This document shows, in pieces, positions 59,101 through 64,000 of a stretch of DNA of 64,000 nucleotides. The notes beneath the pieces are model-generated. The model did not search any database. It was not told the origin of the DNA and saw nothing but the letters and a program-made list of their open reading frames with translations. This DNA is from Nemertoderma westbladi (Eukaryota; Animalia; Xenacoelomorpha), in NCBI GenBank assembly GCA_032718475.1, contig JAUCBJ010000527.1:1-64000 (forward strand), given 5' to 3'. The translations under genes were made by a program, and so were the position numbers. The first letter of the stretch is position 1. The number at the start of each line of letters is the position of its first letter.

Positions 59101-60217
59101 CGATAGTAGGTATCTCAGCCCGCACATGAAAAGTCTTTGGCGACATTATAATGGTGATAAAATTTTCAATAGCCCAGCAAAAAAATTGATGTTAACCCAA
59201 TTTGATAAGTATGAGTACGGCGTGCATCTAAAATTATTGCGCTTTTATATTCATCATGGTATGCGTTTGATTAAAGTTCATAAACTTATTAGATTTAAGC
59301 AAGGTTACATTTTTAAGGATTTTATTGAATATAACACACAGCTAAGAAAAATTGCGCGCAATGACTTTTATGATAAGTTTCACAAAGGAACAAATAACGC
59401 GCTTTTCGGGAAAAGCATGGAGAATATACGGGACCGTGTCTCATTTCGCTTATGTAATTCAATCGAGAAATGTGACTTATTATTATCCAAGCCGAATCAC
59501 GAAAATTTAATTATGTTCACTGATTCATTATCAGGTCACGTCCTATCTAAGGCTGCGGTTTGTTTGCATAAACCTATTTTTTTAGGCCAAGCTGTGTTGG
59601 ACTTGTCAAAGTTAGATTACTACACTTTTTTCTACGATAAGTTAAAGCCCATGGAAGCCGAATTAAATTGTAGTATAAATTTGCTAGGTGGGGACACGGA
59701 TTCTTTTTTTTTACAGTGTGTTGGTTTATCCCAACACCAATTTTTATCTGCGTTACAATCAAAAAAAGTTTTAGACTGTTCAAATTACCCTATTACGCAT
59801 CCGTTGTATACAGTAGAACAGAAAGGGAAATATAGATATTTAAAGGATGAAGGGAAGTCTATCCCGTTTGACCAGGTTATTTTACTTAGACCAAAATGTT
59901 ATAGCTTTCGTGGGGGGTCAGTTCCAAAACGTGTCGCTAAAGGCGTAGGAAAAATGGTTATAAAAAAGAAACTCTCCCACGAATCATATTTAAAAGTATA
60001 TAACGAGGTTAGCGAGCATTACGAATACAGTCAAAGGTTTCAATCTAATTTACATAAAATATACACCGTTTCACAAAGAAAAAAATCGCTAACACTGTGG
60101 GAAGATAAAAGGTACTACACATCGACTAATGAAAGTCTACCTTACGGTCATTATAAAACACATTTGGATCGTAAAGCGCCTGCCCCTAAGCTTTATATGC
60201 CGCCCATTATAGAATAG
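56147..60217 (+). CDS. Protein-primed family B DNA polymerase (Polinton type) with N-terminal Zn fingers and an inserted endonuclease VII/HNH-like module
   Basis: GSGWK, CFKWAV, YMDFE, HNFFFYDSHLI, FIDSFAFM, FPYEY, DVLLLADIFENFR, SIRGGVS, DFNSLY, KGTNNALFGK, GDTDS, LRPKCY, AKGV, DKRY; CFNC...HHNHYNG...CISCN; first ATG at 56147. Confidence 0.95.
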   Translation: MMEINCVFCSCTILKKNYLRHLRTHFDGYVCDNCNCRTTSERIAIFHSNRCCGLSRPNYTYCGYTLSCPTCSDDFENFDSYIEHSCHQNHYNSRKRKHNQKQSEPTFQPDLNVGLPVSITNSSDTSNEGFHLSTTCHESRVQEYTHNVSSNEMYPDVPNYLNYMGLYASRAFNTTASVFIDMFYKVWLIASVIMERDDANYTLQEEFHFTSIGTDNYIENSPDFDEWYYTVISHIGEKISQFIRRGSGWKLVTLSRIKLTIASYLRSAYRFGHSGDANQSIPTKLKNKHSVINVPCNEGECFKWAVLTAKFSKHISDDHTLRHVSRQSSYNQYLGFFNLSELDSTLSWKLNILKFEKNNPNYLINLLYFDRSSEKISFLRQPSAKKAEGKRLLNLLLIERQNLTSTNHIVGVSNLNRLFNGCGEGNSNDHCHRCERCIRGFYSPNALERHRLWCWQGGRQIEEMPSKLNLRFTNYYKSVSTPFIVYMDFEVVLAPTNNVKKYYIAEHLPSAVSYLIVSNGELINPPNYFLSTFRQNIDNNSVQNFIDSLVFDLFKCYEWSTFNTHHPKHLDHTQYQAYMRTTNCFNCKSFFRKDINPSVMHHNHYNGAFIGAACISCNKQLSVKRHLFPVVCHNFFFYDSHLILQKGFAGSKYKNWNIETIAKNTERYISLRIDIPTSEALNVLGYAIPEKDVRGLPTSKSITIQFIDSFAFMGFSLSALAGFLAKDVSDLTTVIPHTVKQMRKLYPNVTDEILRRKSVFPYEYVDSLSKLEDTKLPHPKEFYSELTLSSISPEEYTFAHLSWEQFQCKTLFDYLEAYLHLDVLLLADIFENFRAYCTKHYSLEVSNYYTMAGVSWDAALRLSKSHIRLLADHEMYLTFENSIRGGVSYTNLHMANANIPGTETYDPNKPEAHLYNLDFNSLYSGSLSEKLPYSDFEWLDVDSVDIMSLEIDDIFGYFAIVDLEYPMSIHDATAELPFAPEHIKLDSRYLSPHMKSLWRHYNGDKIFNSPAKKLMLTQFDKYEYGVHLKLLRFYIHHGMRLIKVHKLIRFKQGYIFKDFIEYNTQLRKIARNDFYDKFHKGTNNALFGKSMENIRDRVSFRLCNSIEKCDLLLSKPNHENLIMFTDSLSGHVLSKAAVCLHKPIFLGQAVLDLSKLDYYTFFYDKLKPMEAELNCSINLLGGDTDSFFLQCVGLSQHQFLSALQSKKVLDCSNYPITHPLYTVEQKGKYRYLKDEGKSIPFDQVILLRPKCYSFRGGSVPKRVAKGVGKMVIKKKLSHESYLKVYNEVSEHYEYSQRFQSNLHKIYTVSQRKKSLTLWEDKRYYTSTNESLPYGHYKTHLDRKAPAPKLYMPPIIE

Positions 60218-60226
60218 CGGATTGTG

Positions 60227-60649
60227 ATGTCTTTTAGTATTGTCAACAGTAATATAAGTTTGAGGTTGGGTGATGGGTGCATATCATTCGATGTGCTGGC
60301 TAAACGAATTCGAAATGGAAAACTCATCTTAAAGCCTTACCAATATATCGCCAAAATTTGCGGATGGACGTGTCTCTTTTTCCCGAGCGGTAAGGTCACT
60401 GTACTCGGTAAATCACCTAAAATAAAAAAAATTATTAAGTATATATATAAGCATACTGATTATAAACTAACTTTTATTTCAATCAATAGCCAAACTTATA
60501 TTATTAACAATCTAGACATAGACTATAGCAAATTAATGAAAACGGTTGGGTTTCATTTTTTAGATAATTATTATAATGTGGAGGTGAAATATGAGCCGGA
60601 GATATTTAATAATATTCTTGTGCAGTTTTATCGATCAATTAGGGTCTAA
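60227..60649 (+). CDS. TATA-binding-protein-like gene, truncated in the second repeat
   Basis: SIVN...TCLFFPSGKVTVLG (cf. TBP TALIFSSGKMVCTG) and YEPEIF (cf. YEPELF); starts 9 nt after the PolB stop. Confidence 0.8.
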   Translation: MSFSIVNSNISLRLGDGCISFDVLAKRIRNGKLILKPYQYIAKICGWTCLFFPSGKVTVLGKSPKIKKIIKYIYKHTDYKLTFISINSQTYIINNLDIDYSKLMKTVGFHFLDNYYNVEVKYEPEIFNNILVQFYRSIRV

Positions 60650-60784
60650 TTAGCCTAATTGGGAGGTGTCACCCAGACAGTCTGGCGCCAATGACACCCA
60701 ATGACACCCTATGGGTGATAATAGGGTGTCATATGACACCCAATGGGTGTCAGTGAGGTCTAACTTTCGCAAAGCCGTGCAAAC

Positions 60785-61245
60785 CCCTACTACAAGAGTC
60801 TACTACGACGTTTCATTATCTGGATACTAGGAGATAATGAATGGACCTACACAGATCGGCTCAAATCACTTAAACATACTCCCCCTTTCTCTCTACCTAC
60901 AACTCCTAGATTTGATGACGCTGTCGAAGATTATCGCTGGGAAATGCGACATCAACTGGGAAGAACACCTTAAACTCAACAAACCATCAAACCAAAATAC
61001 TCGTTCAAGTGATCGGATTTTATCTAATGTTGCGCGGCCGAAAAAATGCAAATCAGAACAAAATTTTTGATTCCGAATACCTTACATTGCAAATGCATTA
61101 CCAAAGCGAATTTTACAAACAATGTAGGACTTAAATCTCGTCTGATCGACTTATTTTGGAGATATTTCATAAACCCTACTCAAGTGATATTCACTGTAGC
61201 TGGTCAGTGTGCTTCAGCTGCGTCTTGATGAACTGTAGAAACATA
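60785..61245 (+). pseudogene. LINE ORF2 3'-end fragment
   Basis: LNILPLSLYLQLLDLMTLSKII...NTRS...EQNF. Confidence 0.65.
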
Positions 61246-61398
61246 ACTCTCATCTCGATGATTTATACCCATAGATAATGACTTATATTGTATACTGCTT
61301 TATTAATTAATACAAATTTTATTTCATTAAATTTTATTGCATCTCATTTTAAATTTAATACGCCATTTTTACGACATAAAATCCGACACTTTTATTAA

Positions 61399-63006
61399 GG
61401 GGGGGGTACACCCCCCCCCAGGTCAAAATTTTCATTTTTTGTTTTTTTATTTCATCTAGAGTAGAATTTAATGCGGATTTCAAATCTGGAAACGGCTTAG
61501 CGAGATCTCTTTTACTTCTCGAGTAATGGCTGGTTTTCCGTCTGTATGTCTGTCTGTCTGTCCATCGAAATATTAAAAAGGGCATAAAATAAGCAATCTG
61601 AAATATTTACTGTTAGGATTTTTCTTAAAGTCGATGTCTGTTTTAATATTTGGAATTATCTAATCACTATGTCTGTATATCAGCCTGTCTCTCAGTTTGT
61701 CTGTCTGTTTGTCTGTCTGTCTGTTTGTCAACATGTCCGTCAAATTTTAATTAATATATATTTAATAGATATTTGTGAGTTTTGTATTACATATTGAAAA
61801 GTTGTCTAATGGACTAGTTGTCTACTAGTAATAAAAAATGTGAACCATTATATAACAATAGCTAGTAATAATTATTCTGGGAAACAACCATAAACTTATT
61901 TTTTTTTAAATTCCGCAGGCTCTGAGAATAATTCACGTGCTGCGCGAAGTCTTCATGTGCAGCATGAACTTTTCATGTGCCGCGTGAAGGCTTCTCATTC
62001 TGATCAAAAAGCTTTCCGAGGTGCTCGATTAATTAACGTGCTTTATGAAGAATTTAAGTGCTACGTGAAACCTTCACCTGCTGCGCAAATGTCTCACGTG
62101 CTGCGCGAAGGTTTCACATGCTGCGCAAAGCTTAATGTTCTGTGTAAAGGCTTGTAATAAAATTATGTGGAAATTTTTATATAATTTTGAATGTTTCTTA
62201 AGGTTATCTCATTATTCCATGACTATTTATTACTAAATGACGAAATAGTATGCGATCAAATCAATACGCCAAAATGTAATTTGTTGACGTGCTGCGCGAA
62301 GTGTTTTTTGGCAAGCACTCTAAAATTATTTTAACAGGTTGTTAAAAGTGGGTAGGGGTTTTTTTGAACCAAATTTCATGAAATCCATTGAGAAATCACA
62401 AAATATGGATAGGGGATAACCAATGGGAAAAGAAAAGGAGATACCAGTACTGAAAATAGCGGGAACATTTGAAATATATTGTTCTTAAACTTTAAATGCG
62501 TTTATCTCGGAACTGTATTTTTCACATTCAAAATACTACTACTCGGCCATTTCTTAACCAATTTTTGAAATTTTTTTTTTGTTTGATTTCTTTTCGGGTT
62601 TTGATCAAAAGTTATCGGTTAGAATTTTGAATTGTGCCATATTAATTTCTTGAAATTAGTTAATATCTATTAAGTAATAATTAATATTAGTTAATAATAT
62701 TTAAAAAATATTTAAGACCTAAATAAAAAATGTAACCGATAAGTTTTGTGGAGCCGAGGATGCTGATTCAGAAAAACCAAGTTTTGAAAATTTTCGCCCA
62801 AAATTGTGAGACTAGTAGTGTTTTTAGTGAAATTAACAATTTCGCTGGTGGCCGCTAGAGGGCGACGCAAATTTGAAAAAAAATTTTTTGAACCCAATCT
62901 TTGGCCATATTTTAATCCCCCGAAAGGTATAAAATATACAAAATTACACACAAGCAGAAATTATAGCCATTTGCAAAAAAGGTCCATAGGGGGGTGTACC
63001 CCCCCC
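61399..63006. mobile_element. Non-autonomous TIR transposon with TTAA target duplication (Kolobok-like)
   Basis: TTAA|GGGGGGGGTACACCCC ... GGGGTGTACCCCCCCC|TTAA; purine 5' termini; internal (GTCT)n and gtgctgcgcgaag repeats. Confidence 0.8.
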
Positions 63007-63268
63007 TTAATACGAATATATATTTCATCTTATTTTAATACACATAATTTATTTCATTCCATGAATGACAACCAGTCTTCTGACCCTTTTAACTTTTTCG
63101 TTTAATCTCATAATTAGCACGGCCTTTTTGAGACCAATTACAGTAATAATTTTAATTCGGAGTATTTTAATGTACTTTAATTAATTTTTAACTCATGATT
63201 TAAACTACGTATATGTTTTTTTATGGGGGAAACCCCATCACCATAATACTATAGTTTCCTTATAGTTA

Positions 63269-64000
63269 TCCTTTGGCACTCACTCCTTCTCTTACTCAGC
63301 ACCCATCGTTTTTAATAAAAATACCCCGTTACAACCTAGTTTCCTTTGGCACTCACTCCTTCTCTTACTCAGCACCCATCGTTTTTAATAAAAAATACCC
63401 CGTTACAACCTAGTATCCTTTGGTGCTCGCTCCTTCTCTTACTCAACACCTATCGTTTTTAATAAAAATACCCCGTTACAACCTAGTATCCTTTGGCACT
63501 CGCTCCTTCTCTTACTCAACACCTATCGTTTTTAATAAAAATACCCCGTTACAACCTAGTATCCTTTGGCGCTCGCTCTTTCTCTTACTCAACACCTGTC
63601 GTTTTTAATAAAAATACCCCGTTACAACCTAGTATCCTTTGGCGCTCACTCCTTCTCTTACTCAACACCTGTCGTTTTTAATAAAAATACCCCGTTACAA
63701 CCTAGTATCCTTTGGCACTCGCTCCTTTTCTTACTCAACACCTGTCGTTTTTAATAAAAATACCCCGTTACAACCTAGTATCCTTTGGCACTCGCTCCTT
63801 CTCTTACTCAACACTTATCGTTTTTAATAAAAATACCCCATTACAACCTAGTATCCTTTGGCGCTCGCTCCTTCTCTTACTCAACACTTATCGTTTTTAA
63901 TAAAAATACCCCGTTACAACCTAGTATCCTTTGGCACTCGCTCCTTCTCTTACTCAACACCTATCGTTTTTAATAAAAATACCCCGTTACAACCTAGTAT
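63269..64000. repeat. 73-bp satellite, ~10 copies, running off the window end
   Basis: Unit tcctttggcactcgctccttctcttactcaacacctatcgtttttaataaaaataccccgttacaacctagta; ORF calls recur every 73 bp. Confidence 0.97.

Larger units (their letters stand above)
49050..60640. mobile_element. Polinton/Maverick-like endogenous virus, left portion (integrase, ATPase, protease and capsid genes not in the window)
   Basis: AGTAGT at 49050 and 49062 (Polinton-type terminus); compact intronless genes; protein-primed PolB; cut off on the right by unrelated repeats. Confidence 0.85.

Noticed and set aside
63420-63973. Six similar 62-aa ORFs
   Set aside because: Artefact of the 73-bp satellite cycling through reading frames

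Overview
AT-rich eukaryotic (probably invertebrate) DNA made almost entirely of mobile elements and repeats; I could not support any host gene. Two large elements dominate. (1) A complete, young 14.3-kb BEL/Pao LTR retrotransposon on the minus strand (4575-18889; 537-bp LTRs, ATTCT target duplication). It has an intact gag-PR-RT-RH-IN ORF, a long disrupted N-terminal extension and an array of ~24 small hairpins. In the env position sits an extra ORF encoding a WRN/RNase D-type DEDDy 3'-5' exonuclease, in frame with three CCHC zinc knuckles. It lacks a canonical tRNA primer-binding site, and its structured 3' UTR is conserved in a diverged relative at 33.0-34.0 kb. (2) The left part of a Polinton/Maverick-like endogenous virus (~49050-60640). 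It encodes a protein-primed PolB, a TBP-like protein, a PC4-like protein, a membrane-anchored pseudo-dUTPase and an acidic protein, and carries an apparently exact 2868-bp tandem duplication. The rest is fragments of Helitron, pogo, hAT-like, MULE, Sola, Crypton-like and LINE elements, a TTAA-flanked TIR element, a 391-bp foldback and several tandem repeats. All family calls come from motif recognition by eye, with no database searches.
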